Assembly (NCBI GenBank): GCA_964016885.1
Contig: OZ024740.1
Location: 399,094,001-399,158,000, forward strand
DNA length: 64,000 bases
Direction: 5' to 3'
DNA from: Eledone cirrhosa
Lineage: Eukaryota
Below, piece after piece: positions 13,561-26,887 of this stretch (position 1 is its first letter; each line of letters begins with the position of its first letter). The notes beneath the pieces are model-generated. The model was not told the DNA's origin, searched no databases, and saw nothing but the letters and a program-made list of their open reading frames with translations. A program made the translations under genes and the position numbers.

Positions 13561-14559
13561 AAACAATTCTATTATTTCTGTTAGGTGTAAAACCTATAAA
13601 GTAATTTAAGTAGCCAAGAGTATGTTTCAGAATAATTAAGCTTAGACTAGTTGTAGTTAACATGACAGCAACATTGATCTCTACATTTACAACCCAATTA
13701 GGACTAACAGTTGAGCAAAAAGACTTTCTATGCAGTACTCTTACAAACTACGTCAATAGTGAAGGATAGTCACCTCGTTTTCATAATCAGTAAGTTTACT
13801 GGATATGTTGAGCAACATTCTGATGACTATTCCAATGTGTGATGGATATATTACAAGGAATGAAGAGGGATCAAATGATCTAACTATTCACATTAACTTC
13901 AGGAAACTGTCCAGCCATTTGATTACCTTTCAATAAGGTGAATGCACAAGTCAGATCGACTTCATTCTCACTAGGAAATGGCATAAACAACTTATGAATA
14001 CTAAGTCTTTACTGTGTGATAAATGTACCACTAAACATAGACTAGTGATCAGCAACCTGTCATTTAGAGCTGGATGGACACAGTGACATGAAACAAACTG
14101 GAGAAGGTGTGAAAGTTAGAAGAATCTTTGGCTGGATGTAGGTTCATAGACGTACTAGTTGATGTATATGATAAGGGGGAAGACATAGAGACTTACAGCA
14201 TAGAGGACTACTGTGAGTTTCTACAAAACAATCTGCTGTCATACACCAAATCTATGGATCAAACAAGGTTCTAGTCAGATGAACAGTAACATGGTGTTAG
14301 AAGATACGGTAAATAAAGCCACAAAGGCTAAAAGATAGGCCTAGGAAGATTGGAAAAACGGATTTATATAGCATGGAAAGAAGCTGAAAGCATGAGATTT
14401 GCCAATGTTCCCAGATGAGAGGATCTGTGGCATAAGGTTTTCTGGAGTACAAAGCAATGTTGTGATAAAAAAAAAAATACATTAAGGGTCATAATGACTC
14501 AGTTGACCTGAGTGATACCAAGAAGAAAGCATGGAAATATGAGTAGTTGCTGAAATAGA

Positions 14560-15150
14560 AACCCACCACACATGTCATACACACTTGACATCAAATTTAC
14601 CATCCCTCTATTCACCATAGAGTAGAGAGAACCTACATACAGTTGACCATGAGAAACAACCCTCTTTTTGATGGAGACCGACAACCTACAGGGCTTGAGC
14701 TTGTGACTTGTTGATGATCATTACATAACTGACTCTCACTGGGAATTGCAATCATTTGAAATGAAAAGGGACATCAGTTTGTATTAGTGGTATTCTGGGT
14801 GAAATACAATGTCTTCGTTACCACTTCCAGAGAGGATTTTGGCTTCGATAATGTGAGGCTGTAGTTCAGTCACAACCATGTGTGTCCCATATACAATCTT
14901 GGCAAGAAGCATGATGATTGTGCTCTTCTTTGATTCAAGGCTGTGTGGCAGCATACCGGACATTTCCAGATTGAGAAATTCAACGGGATAATGAGCAACA
15001 TCGTCCTCATCAACAAATTTGGCTACTTTCAGGTACTGTTTGTGAGAGATTGTGTGGATGGCATTCACTGTGATGTTTTGCAGGGCAAAGATTGCTCCTT
15101 CACACAGCCATTCCTCATTGGAATGGTGGATTTCGAAATTGGGGAACACT
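14560..15150 (-). mobile_element. Helitron Pif1-helicase fragment (pseudogene)
   Basis: YPVEFLN...GMLPHSL..K....MLL, HIIEAKILSG, QFPVRVSYVMIINKSQ and SHGQLYV are Pif1/Helitron helicase C-terminal motifs, with frameshifts. Confidence 0.85.
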
Positions 15151-15858
15151 TAATTAATTAAGCTTACACTTTCTACAACAGAACAAAATGAAGGATCAAA
15201 ACATCCTTTAGTATCAAGGGATTGCTTTTCTATAAATTTAAACGGCTTGGAAGTGCTTATCTGTAACTCCAAGTGTTCCCCCTTCCTGCCTCTGTTATTT
15301 GCACTGAAGAAATCTCCGAAGCTGGGAACATTTTAGGGTTTCCTCCCATTCTGGTTTTGGAAAAGAAGGCAAATGCAAGCATGTTGGAGATCAGATTAGT
15401 TGAACTCACACGAAAAAAACTTGGAAAAATAATGTCTTCACGATCCCCAGCAGGTGCTTTGCTACAAATTTAAATGACTGAGAAGTGCTTATTTGTAAAC
15501 CCCCCCCCCCCTCACTCTTTGCCTGTTTTTTGGAAAAAAATGAGTCGAATGTCAGATCGTTCGAAAACAAACGAAAAATCCTAGAAAAGAAAAAGACTTC
15601 CACAGAAGAAATCTCCGAGGCTGGAAAAATCGATACTATATAAATATAATATAAAGAAAAGGGTATAAATATAATATATAAGTAAACAAAAAAGTATAAG
15701 TCTGTTCCTGCACCAACCACTGGATACCACATCGATGGATGACTTGCATAACGTTGAGTAGTTTGATTGATTTGTTACATCATGATTTGTCAACCAGAAC
15801 CACCAGTCTTACTCATTGGTAATCAAACTAACTTAAATGGTGTGTATATATATATACA

Positions 15859-16554
15859 CTAGCTAAACTACTCGTCCTTTGGACGGTTCAAGTAGCTTTC
15901 GATGTAGCTCATTAAACTAAACAAAGTAAATTTGAATATATAGAAGAAACACGATATAACACAATCGAATGTAAAAATAAAGATTAATTGTAAAATGTAT
16001 TTGAAGTACATGTAGCGTTGGAAATGTACAGGTATGTAAGTTAATAATTAAATTATGTGTCAGAAACGTAGTCTAATCAATGCGAAAAAATAGAATAATT
16101 CTAAACCATCTTTTAGATAAATTTAAGCATAATATTGTAAAAGTTATGAGATCAGTTAATATGAACATCAAGCTTGAAACGATAAATTATACAATGTCAA
16201 ATCTATAACTTAACTTAGAAATTGCTGGTTGTGAAATATACGAAATGATATTGTTATTTCTCTTTGTTTCAAGTAGAAAGAGTAAATTATGAGTCGAATT
16301 AAGAAAGATAACTCTTGTCTTACTTAATCACGAAAATTCACACACATAACCGAAACTTTTTTTATGTCTCCAAAGGCCCCAATATCGATTTTTGAAAGCC
16401 TTTATAGATCATGTACGGGTTTTGTGCAAGGAGAAACTCTGTAAAAAATTTCAAAGAAATCGCATGAATGGTTTAGAATATATGAGCCCTCATTAAAGAA
16501 TGTCGACACACATATACATACATACAGAAATTTTCAAATTTATATATATAATGA
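15859..16554 (-). mobile_element. Non-autonomous Helitron
   Basis: Minus-strand 3' end with hairpin CCGTCCAAAGGACGAG then CTAG|T; 5' end TC..TATATATAAA. Confidence 0.55.
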
Positions 16555-17380
16555 TGAATAGCTCCTGTTTATTTTAACATGTCTATCGAGCACTCTTATT
16601 CGATATGTGTATTACACATTCTCGATTATCTTTCGCGAATATAGAGGTTATCTCCCTTGCTAGACTCCATGTGCGTTTAGCTATAGTTAATTTCTTCTTT
16701 CGTCGGACAATGGCCCGTTGATAAAGTTATTCCGGTCCCTCTTCTCCCTAGAAGTCTTATATATTTTTATGTGGGCTGATAGGGGGCGGATTAAGGAATA
16801 GCAGAAACCCAAGAAGCTAGATTTACCACCTTTCTAGTGGGTCCGGGTAAGCTTTTTACATTCATATGATTTATTGATTTATTGATATTTTATCTGAGTG
16901 ACCCGAATCTTCTTGGTCGTAATTTTTCGGCTGCACGGGTGATTTTAGGCATAATCTTTGTGTGTTGGTATCTTAACGATAGTTATAGCTCTGATTTATC
17001 TGAATTATTGAGCCCTCTGCCACTCATGTCGGATTTTGTTTATCGTAAATTCGTGAGCTGATTTTTCGATACTCGATTATTTTATTATATATATATATAT
17101 ACACATATAACAAGGTGTTTGCCTCGAAAATTTGTTAAACTTAGAAATACAAACCTATAACTCAGTGTGCACACATACTGTATGTTAATCATTAAGATAA
17201 ACAACTACAGGTGGCTAATGATATTTGTATATCATATAAATCTGGACTGTCGATAGTTTCTGTCATCAAAAGTTCCAACTGTAGTTAGGTAATATCGACA
17301 GACGTTACATAACTTGGCACTGGAGCACGTCCTAGGCGGGTGATTGCCCCCCTCTCTTCCTATATATATATATATATATA

Positions 17381-17589
17381 TTTATTAAAATAACAGATTA
17401 AAGTTTAAGCAAAGAATCGCTGCTTTCACCCTTAACGGGATCTTCTGAAACTAAAATATTCAATCTGTGAACGCAGAAGTAAATATTTACTTCTGCGTTC
17501 ACAGATTGATTTTTTTTAGTTTCAGAAGATCCCGTTAAGGGTGAAAGCAGCGATTCTTTGCTTAAACTTTAATCTGTTATTTTAATAAA
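17381..17589. repeat. Near-perfect ~209-bp palindrome (foldback) next to (TA)n
   Basis: Left arm TTTATTAAAATAACAGATT...GCAGAAGTAAA is the reverse complement of the right arm; centre ~17484. Confidence 0.95.
17518..17568 (+). ncRNA. Type I hammerhead-ribozyme-like fold, U4A core variant (mirror copy 17402-17452 on -)
   Basis: Stem I AGTTT/AAACT; core CAGAAGA; stem II CCC-GTTAA-GGG; GAA; stem III AGCA...TGCT; cleavage triplet CUU. Confidence 0.6.
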
Positions 17590-17892
17590 AATTTGCTCTA
17601 CGGTTCTTATATATTTGATATATATTTATCTTTATCGAGCCCTCTTTGGATTTAGTCTTCAAATTTATTATTATTACTATATATATATATATATATAAAT
17701 CGTTGTTGTGGTATATGTATGGCCACTGCCTTCGGTCGTTTTTTTTAGTGTCACACTTTTTAACTGTTTTGTTTACTCTGGACGATAATGTATTAACTTT
17801 TCGCTCCATTGAGTGCTTTGTGATTGCCTCAAACAACTCGAATAATACCTGCTCTATGGTAGCTACAACTTATGTTTATACCTAATATATAA

Positions 17893-18826
17893 TCTCTCTA
17901 TATAAAAAATTCTTTCTCTCACTATCTGTCTGTTCCTATGCATTCTCTAACGGCTGGACCAAATCAAATCAAATTTTACAAGGTATTACCCCCCCCCCCC
18001 CCCGAGAGTGTCAACATGTAATCTTTATTTTTATTTGGATTAAAACAATAAGATTTTATCTAAAATAATATTTTTATAGTCAACTATAGTAAACCACGAC
18101 GACGACGACTCACATTTTGTATATAAGTGTATGTGTCTGTATGTGTTTGTGCGTTTATGTATGTTAGGCCTCAGAGAATTAAACACGCACACACATATCT
18201 ACACATACATTCACATAATGTGTGTGAGTGTAGTTGTCACACTTTGTATGTGTATGTATCTGTCTTAGTATATGTATGTGAATGTGTTAGAGTGTATGTG
18301 TGTGAGTGTGTTGACTGATAATATTTTCTTTAGTCAACTATAGTAAACCACCACGACAACGTCACATTTTTGCATATTAGTGTGCACACAGAATTAAACA
18401 CACATCTACACATACAGATACATATGTGATGACAGACAGGTGTGGTGAATGTATGTCTGTGTGCCTGTCTTAGTATATGTGTAAGAGTGTATGTGTGATG
18501 ATTTTTGTTTTCATTTGGATTAAAACAATAGGACGTCACATTTTGTATATGTATGTGTGTGTGAGCACGTTCATTAGGTACGTTATTAAATACACGCACA
18601 CATCTACACATACATGAATTACACAATGAATATTGTTTACCCTAAGGTGCTTCAAGATTGACAGATTTTCATTTCTAAATTCTATTATCATTACCATTTT
18701 TATATATTTTTTTAAAATATAGATATTTGGAAATAATTATGAGAAAAAAAAACATATTCATATTTATTGTTTACTAATCAGAATAAGAACAACAGTAACC
18801 CGGGCAACGCCGGCTAATTTAGCTAG
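17893..18826 (+). mobile_element. Non-autonomous Helitron
   Basis: 5' A|TCTCTCTATATAAAA; 3' hairpin CCGGGCAACGCCGG then TAGCTAG|T. Internal duplications (TAGTCAACTATAGTAAACCAC twice). Confidence 0.7.
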
Positions 18827-19013
18827 TGGTGGATTGGCAGTATTGGTAGAGGGTCGGACGCCATGCTTTGACGTATAGAGTTACGCCCCTTGCCATTCTG
18901 AGTTCAAATCCCGCCAAGGTTAACTTTGCCTTTCATCCTTACGGGGTCGATAAAATAAAGTACCAGTAATGCACTGGTTAATTGCTGGCCTTGTGCCTAA
19001 CGTAGAAACAATT
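18827..19013 (+). mobile_element. tRNA-derived SINE (main family of the window)
   Basis: A box TGGCAGTATTGG, B box GAGTTCAAATCCC, conserved core GCCTTTCATCCTTACGGGGTCGATAAAATAAAGTACCAG, 3' end GAAACAATT. Confidence 0.85.
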
Positions 19014-19025
19014 ATATATATATAT

Positions 19026-19213
19026 AATTGTTTCTACTTTTGGCACAAGGCCAGCAATTAACCAGTACATTACTAGTACTTTATTTTATCGACTCCCGTA
19101 AGGATGAAAGGCAAAGTTAACCTCGGCGCGATTTGAACTCAGAATGGCAAGGGGCGTAACTCTATGCGTCAAAGCATGGCGTCCGACCCTCTACCGATAC
19201 TGCCAATCCACCA
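19026..19213 (-). mobile_element. tRNA-derived SINE, tail-to-tail with 18827-19013
   Basis: Reverse complement of the preceding SINE, separated by a short (TA)n. Confidence 0.85.
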
Positions 19214-19634
19214 TATAATGTGTGTGTGAGGTGTCAAAATCTTCACAACATTACAAGCTAGGGTCACAGACGGGCAATTATGCCAGGGACTCTAGCTTGG
19301 GAAAGATAAACAAAATAATGTTTCACTATTTTATACACTGTACATAGATTTTGTTGCCAGCTATTTAAAAGTATTATTATTATACTCTATTTTTTTTTTA
19401 ATTAGCCACGTAACACATATGACAATCCCCTTAAACAAAACAAGGCTTGTTTCATCACATGATTCCATATCTAATAGCTATACAAGCGATATACGTGTAG
19501 ATGCGCGCGCGCGTCTTTGTGTGTGCGTGTGTATGTACAAATGCAGAATGAGTGTGTCGGTAGGTGAGTTTTTGTCAATACAAGAGCAACGTGGGTGTAT
19601 ACAAAGGCATCATAGATGTGTATGTGTATAAATA

Positions 19635-20700
19635 TGTAGCAAGAGTTGCCTCCCTTGTCATGACAATCTCATCACCGCTCTCTAGACAGGAAGTAGCTAG
19701 AGTTGCTTCCCTTTGGGATTGACAGACTCCCTGTTGGTCACTTCCGGTCACCTCCTTTACAACGAACATTTTAAGCTATATTCTTCTATTTGCCGGTTTA
19801 TACATTTACCACGTAAATTTGCCGTTGAAAACCGCGCATTTATTAAGAATGCTTATTTCTCTGGTCGCTGGCCTCTTGACCCTTCCAGGTCAACGCATTC
19901 ACAACATCATCAACAACAACAACACAGCTTCATCAACAACCAAAACCAGCAGAACAAGCCAGAGAATTTATTTCTGCAGCACTCTGCCTGTGAGAAATTC
20001 CCTTCGGAAGTTGGAAATTTCATGTTATACCACAGACCAGAAACCACCTGCATTCATTCTCTGGAACACATTCTTTACTGCTGTCATGTGATTGCACACA
20101 TGTGAACTGTATTTTGGATATTTGAACTTTGACCTCTTCTCTTACTTTTATTACATTGTATCATAATTTTCATGCCTCTTACATGCTCGCCATCTTACTC
20201 AATGCATGCTTCTTCCGATTTTTATGTTTTAAAAATCTGGCGGGGGATAATGTAGCAAGAGTTGCCTCCCTTGTCATGACAATCTCATCACCGCTCTCTA
20301 GACAGGGAGTAGCTGGAGTTGCTTCCCTTTAGGATTGACAGACTCCCTGTTGGTCACTTCCGGTCACCTCCTATAAAAGGAACAGGTCACCACGATATCT
20401 CTCTCTCGCCTCCTGATTTCCGAAGTGGTAACACCTGCGACCTTAGCATGAGATGATTCCTTTTTGATAATCCTTCGCCACCAAGAACAATGCAACTTGC
20501 AGCCTGAGAGCCTAAGATGTTAACACCAGCTAGAAAAGATCTCTTCTTTTCTCTACACACTTCAGCCTGGAGTTGTGACCATCGGGTAACGACTCATTTA
20601 TATTTAATACCTTTGACTTCTATGAAGTAAAAACATTATCACAACACACACCGGTATTTACTGTCTTTTGTAATAATTTTATATGTACACCGATACTAAT
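19635..20700 (+). mobile_element. Non-autonomous LTR element A (internally deleted)
   Basis: TGTAGCAAGAG... at 19635 is repeated directly at 20251, preceded by PPT GGCGGGGGATAA. The 5' LTR is truncated at ~19756. Internal region homologous to 33641-34350 and 37311-38000. Right end approximate. Confidence 0.8.
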
Positions 20701-21072
20701 CTCCTAAAGTGCAGCAGTACCTAGCGTTGCCTGGGTAGGTAAAATAATATCTGCTTTGATGAAAAGGTGTTGATCTTAGCGACTGCTTCTCGATGACTCA
20801 TCTATGGCCACACACAGGCCATGCGGGGGAGGGTAGTGATGACCTCTATCACTGAGAAACGCGGGTGACTGACGAAGGGGCATGGTGGGGGAGGGAGGTA
20901 ATGACCTCTAACACTAAGCCAAATTTCCTCACGCTACTTGATTGGAAACCGATGAATTCTCAAATACACAACTAAAAGCTCAGACGACGTCAGTGGCCAT
21001 CGTTTTTCCTTTGATGTGCAATGATAGGTTCTATTGTAGTATAAAAGTTGAACCAAATAAATTGATTTATGT

Positions 21073-23892
21073 GTGAGGTGGAGCCGAAGTTTCGAATTTG
21101 GATTTAAATCTTACAAGAACCCACCCTCAAACCCACTTTTGGATGCATTTGAACAAGACCTAATGGATATGATCATGGAGATCAAATTTACAAAACGGAA
21201 GAACAATAAACTACAGAATGACATCACGGCACTGCTCAATAATCTAAAAAACGCCAATGGAATTATTGTTAGAGCAGACAAAACATCAAACGTATATACC
21301 ATGGATGTGGACACTTACAATAACTTCATCCGTAAGGAATTGCATAAAAAATACAGGAAAACTAATGAAGCTACACTTAAAAACATCAACAACTCGGCAT
21401 GTGAAATTGTTAAAAAACTTTGTATTGACGATAGAACGCAACCCTTAACACCAGCTACACCATCCTTCAACCTGAAGGACCACAAGGTAAACTTCGATAC
21501 TAACCCTAATATTAGACTTATATGCCCCTCTAAATCTGATATAGGCAAAATTAGCAAATATATACTAGACAGAATTATCCCCCAGGTTAAGGTTAAAGTA
21601 GAAATTAAACTATGGGGTAACACTCATGAAACAATAAGATGGTTTAACAACATTACTGATAAGAAAAAAATCAAAATTTATTCAGTTTGATATTGATGAA
21701 TATTATTCCTCAATTTCACCTGATACTCTACATGAAGCTCTTTCGTTCGCTAAGGATAATTCCGACCTTACGGATGCTGAAATTAAAATTATTATGGAAG
21801 CGAGGAAAACTATAGTTAAATTCGATGATAGCTACTGGGTTCGCAAAGATAGACCTTCTAATTTTGATATCACTATGGGTTCTAATGATTCGGCGGAAGT
21901 AACAGATCTTGTGGGAATTTATATCACCCACAGATTACAAGGAAAATTCAAGGATCTCCACGGTGGAATCTACCGTGACGATGCGTTCCTATTAGTTAAG
22001 CATATGAATAACCAGAATTTAGAAAGGATGCGTAAAAATATCAGAAAGCTTTTTAAGGAACTAGGATTAAATATTACATTTGAATATAACCTCAAAGAGG
22101 TCAATTTCCTTGATGTTACTTTGAATCTCAATACAGATACGATTAAACCGTTCCATAAACTTAATGAGAACCTTAAATATGTAAATACGAGTTCTAACCA
22201 TCCACTCTCTATAATTAAATCCATCCCTTGAAATGTCTCTCTTAGAATCTCCCGCCTGTCGTCCAACCAACAAACCTTCAAAGAACATGCCGAATATTAT
22301 GATGATGCACTTAGGAAAGCCGGTCACCTAGATAATATAGAGTATATAGTCGAAGATCACCAAAACACCCAAAATAAATCCGATAGGAGTAGAAATAGCA
22401 CAGAATCACCACCATACATACACTACCGCAATAGACACAATAATAGTCGCACACCACCAAACAGAAGGCGATGTAAGGAGTATATTTGGTACAACCCGGT
22501 CTATAACAACTCTATTAAAACCAATCTACCCTCAAAATTCTTTCGATTAGTTAAAAAACACTTTCCAACATCACATAAATATAATAAAATCTTAAACCCT
22601 AACACCATTCGACTTTCATATTCAACCGCCCCTAATATTGAACAACATATAAAAAAGCTTAACGCAAAACGGTTGTATAAACGCCTTCCAACACATAACA
22701 ATACACGTAAAACATTAGCTATAACATCACAAAACAACAAACAACATCCTGTCCTACATAAGCAACCTCATCAACCCATCCATGACAATACAACAACGCA
22801 AAATTATAATTGCAACTGTGTCCAACCAGGAATGTGTCCGTTGAACAATCAGTGTCTTGAACGCAACATCGTATACAAATGTACTATCGAATCGGATAGA
22901 CAGAAGTGGTACTATGTGGGATCTACAGCCACCTCCTTCAAATCACGCCTTTATAGACATCGTTACTCGATAAAACATGAAAACCAGCGTTATGTAACAA
23001 CACTCGCAGACAAGGCTTGGCAGCTGCGTGAAAATAACCAACAATTTCACCTAAAATGGGATATAATAGCATCTGCCCCCCCCCCCCCCCCCCCATATTT
23101 CCATGGACAGGAATTTTGTAAATTATGTAATGTAGAATTATTTTGTATTATGAAATCCAAAAACATTTTATTAAATAACAGAATAGAGCGATCGTTATAC
23201 TGTAACCATCGCTTAAAATCTACATTTTCATATTATAAATACTACCAGGATTGAACGCCTGTCTCTATCTCCGTTTGATTGTCAAAATAGATATTAACAT
23301 TCTTTATTAGTCTTAATTCTATCAACTCTTCTATTATTTACCTTTTAATATAGATAAAATGAGATTTCTGATTTCTTGATTCAATTCCCTAATGCATATA
23401 CCAGCTGGCTACTAAGATTGATGTTATTCAGTAGCAATCGAAATCTCCCCCTTCCCCAATTGACACTTTATAATTAATACTACTACACCAAATGACCAGC
23501 CCTGTCCACTGTCCAATTGGTCAAGTAGAGATTAATATTGGCACTCCCAAAAATTCATATTTAGATAAAATGAACCATTTACTCATGGTATTCTCATTAG
23601 AAACCCATTATATACTTGTTTAGCAGTAAATTGATTTACCATCTGTCATATACTATCGCCCCTTTTTCTTCATCTATTACTAATATAAATACTTCAATTT
23701 TTCTGATTTTATCCAATTTATCCAAAATCTCTGAAGAAGTGACAACTGATTATACATTTGCTATCGAATACTTGCTAACATTATATGATTACGCAAGCAG
23801 CGATACATAGGTATTCCGTCTGTTACAGAAACATATGTCAATACCTAATAAATTCCTTTTTAAAAAAAGCACTTTCATTTTATATTCATCCT

Positions 23893-23895
<3 letters not shown>
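21073..23895 (+). mobile_element. Penelope-like element (RT + C-terminal GIY-YIG), probably Hydra clade
   Basis: ADKTSN, FDIDEYYSSI, FDITMGSNDSAEVTDLVG, GIYRDD, VNFLDVTL, then CNC-x5-CPL-x3-CL and IVY...YVGST...R...H. One frameshift (poly-A ~21665) and one TGA (22229). 3' end runs into (TA)n. Confidence 0.92.
23731..23839 (+). ncRNA. Hammerhead-ribozyme-like motif in the PLE 3' terminus, long stem II
   Basis: CTGAAGA, stem II base GTGACA/TGTTAC enclosing ~76 nt, GAAAC-ATAT-GTC (palindromic stem III, GUC site). Stem I pairs poorly. Confidence 0.55.

Positions 23896-23965
<70 letters not shown>
23896..23965. repeat. (TA)n microsatellite between two convergent PLE 3' ends
   Basis: Seen directly. 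Confidence 0.97.
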
Positions 23966-23968
<3 letters not shown>

Positions 23969-24024
23969 TAATAAAAAAATAATGAATAAAAACAAAGAAA
24001 CAGTTCTTTATATTAAAAAAAAAT

Positions 24025-24162
24025 TCATCATTTTACGATCGTTTCTAGGATATATATATGTTTGTGTTGGTATGTATATCATAGATCTATGTAAAATTTT
24101 TACAAACTATCAGAGGGAATATACATACCTACACATATATATGCTGTCTTCAGAAATAATGA
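24025..24162 (-). ncRNA. Hammerhead ribozyme in PLE pseudo-LTR
   Basis: Minus strand: TCATTATTT-CTGAAGA-(~100 nt)-GAAAC-GATC-GTA-AAATGATGA. 9-bp stem I, intact core, palindromic stem III. Confidence 0.75.
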
Positions 24163-26569
24163 TATTTGTTTATTGAAAAAAAAACAACAAAGATTTAATA
24201 TAATAGGTCTGTTTGGGAACAGGTTTTGAATTGACCAATAGAAAGGTAGTAAATGGTCAAGATGGTAGAATAGTAGTAATAGAACTTTAATTTAGAGGTA
24301 GAGGAAAGCAGATTTCAGTTTTGAATGGAAAGAGTAAGATGAATGAAAAGATTATTTTAGGGATGAAAATAGGTCAAGTCGGTAAAAGGTACACGAAGAA
24401 TTGATGTTATAAAAGAATAATGCTAATGTAAATATCTAAGGAGAATAAAATTTTACGATAAATGTGTTAGTGAAAAATATCAATCTTATTTAAAATATAG
24501 GGAATTTACATCTATAATAAGAAAATAAATTAAATTGATAGGTATATTTATATTGATAAATTTATATTAATTCATATAGATATGATAAATAAGAGTTAGA
24601 TGTAATTGAAGAGTGCTGTTAAAAACGAAGGGAAATAAAAAAATAATTATTATTATTATTGGGGGGGGGTGTAAATTTATTAGTGAGAAATAACAAATTT
24701 ATATAGATTATAAGGAACATAGGATCATAACCTGAAATTAAAATAGTTTATATATATACTTATTGGTATAAATTTTAGGAAAAGATAGCTGTAAAAGGGA
24801 AATAAAATTATGCAGTTCATTAGTAGTAGAATATTAATTATAGGTTAACTAATTTAAAAAAAGTGTTATTATAATAATTTCTAAAGTGTATATTAATTAG
24901 GTTTATAATATTTAAAAGTTCTTCTCAGTTTATGATTACATGATATAATTAATTCCTGTCGTTTATTTAATAGGGTATCCTTAGATTTCATTATTTCAAA
25001 AAGCTCCTGGGAACATAATCTACATTCATATCTATTATTTTGATAAGGGGTGGCCTTTTTGAGCACACTCCAGGTCAGGTTATAATCTATATTCCTCTTT
25101 CTATAATTATTAATTATTTCAGCTAAAGATGTTGTATTAACTGTGTTTGTGGGTATTAAATCTTACTTTAAATTAGTTAGAAGTAGCTCCTATATATGAA
25201 TAAGTTGAGTCCTTAGTGTTAACTTTACATTTATATACTATGTTATTAATAAGGCAGTTTCCTTTTAATGGGCAATTTGCTTTGTTTCTACAGTTACAAC
25301 CTTTCGTGAATGCTGTATCAGAGGAGATAGTCAAATTAGGTGTGGAATTTTCACGACTTGTTGTATGTGAATGAGATGGTGGTTTGCTGTGGTTTATTTT
25401 AGTATTATGGTTAGTTTGATGTATTGGTGGTATATTCATGGTTTTTTTTTACATTTATATGCATTATAGGCACTTATATTTTGTTGTATATTTTTGGTTG
25501 TTGAGTAGGAGAATTTAACCGTTGATCTATTTAAAATTTGATGGTATTTGTGGTTTGGCGGGAAGTTTTTCTCTAGGATAGTAAAAAAAATGTTTAGGTA
25601 TATATTCTTTAATTTGTAGATTAAATGGAGCATTATACCAAGTAACTCGTCTATTACGGTTTCGATGTTGTTTATTATTTTTATAGGATGTATCCTGATG
25701 TTTATTAAGAGAATTATTGTTAATGATTTTATTACACATATTTTTAGTTAGATTCATTGATTTAGGTGTTTTAGCCTGTTTATTAGGAATTTTATTATTA
25801 ACATATATTGGAGTATTAGGATGAATAGTTTTTTTTTGAAAGTTACTATATTGTATATTAGAAGAGTTAGAGAAATTAAGTTTTATGTTGGTATTTTTGG
25901 GTATAGTGTGAGTGGCATTTAGGTGTGTATATTTCATTTGGTGTTTGTTGGTAATATTAGGTTGTATGTTTGTAGTGTTATTGGTACAAGATATATATAC
26001 TAATTTGTTTTTGTGGCCACGTCTAGCTAAAGCTTCGTTATAAAAGGTCCCATTTTATCAAATACATCCTGGTTAGACGAAAGGTTAGAAATTCTGAGTG
26101 AGATATTATATGCTAGGTTTTTAAGGATAGATTTAGGGTGATTAGATTGTGAGTGTATGTAATGTTAGGTTTATTGTAAGGTTGGTAGATACCCGTAGAT
26201 AATGTTATATCAAGGAAATTAACTACTTTACTTGTCTTTTCAAATGTAATATCTAGACTATAATAGTCTTTGAGGAAAGTTCTAATAAGTTTTTTATTTT
26301 TTTCAATTTCTGATAGGCTAATGTTATTGGAAAGAAGAAGACAGTCATCACGATATGAACCACCTTTAAGGTGGGGAAAAGAAGCATTTATGTTAAATAG
26401 AAGAAAGAGGCCCACAAGATCGGTAATTTGGGCAGAATCACTTGAGCCCATAGTAATGTCGAATAGATTACTATATGTGTTTCTGGTCCAGTATTCTTTT
26501 TGAAATCCCAGTAGTGTTTGTCTAGCCTATTATATTAAATCTTTGTTGGTTTTTTTCAATAAACAAATA

Positions 26570-26679
26570 TCATTATTTCTGAAGACAGCATATATATGTG
26601 TAGGTATGTATATTCCCTCTGATAGTTTGTAAATACCAACACAAACATATATATCTTAGAAACGATCGTAAAATGATGA
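26570..26679 (+). ncRNA. Hammerhead ribozyme in the inverted PLE pseudo-LTR
   Basis: Same motif as 24025-24162 with a shorter (~73 nt) stem II region. Confidence 0.75.
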
Positions 26680-26883
26680 ATTTTTTAATATAAGGAACTG
26701 TTTCTTTGTTTTTATTCATTATTTTTTTATGAATTTATCTTGACTCTGTTTTCCTGTATTTTTCATCTGAAAATTTTTTTTTGAATTCATCTTCTCTTTT
26801 CATGATATTCTGATTACATTGAGTTCTTCATACGGATTGGACACTACCGTACATTTTGGTAGATTTATTTTGGTAGATTTATC

Positions 26884-26887
<4 letters not shown>

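Larger units (their letters stand above)
23966..26887 (-). mobile_element. Penelope-like element, 5'-truncated, with inverted pseudo-LTR
   Basis: MGSSDSAQITDLVG, GSYRDD, VNFLDITL, WYNAPF, CNCRNKANCPLKGNCL..IVY...YIGAT. 23966-24207 is inverted-repeated at ~26526-26737. Both ends abut (TA)n. Confidence 0.9.

Noticed and set aside
16551-16622. Additional hammerhead (ATGATGA...GATA-TGTGT-ATT-ACACAT)
   Set aside because: Both core halves are mutated, stem I is missing and the start overlaps a Helitron end; too weak to call.
18827-19013. SINE heads as tRNA genes
   Set aside because: A and B boxes are present but there is no cloverleaf, and each is attached to a SINE core and tail.
22229-22231. 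In-frame TGA in the PLE ORF as selenocysteine or programmed read-through
   Set aside because: Single stop at a non-Cys-like position, most simply CGA-to-TGA decay; the copy also has a frameshift, and I saw no SECIS evidence.
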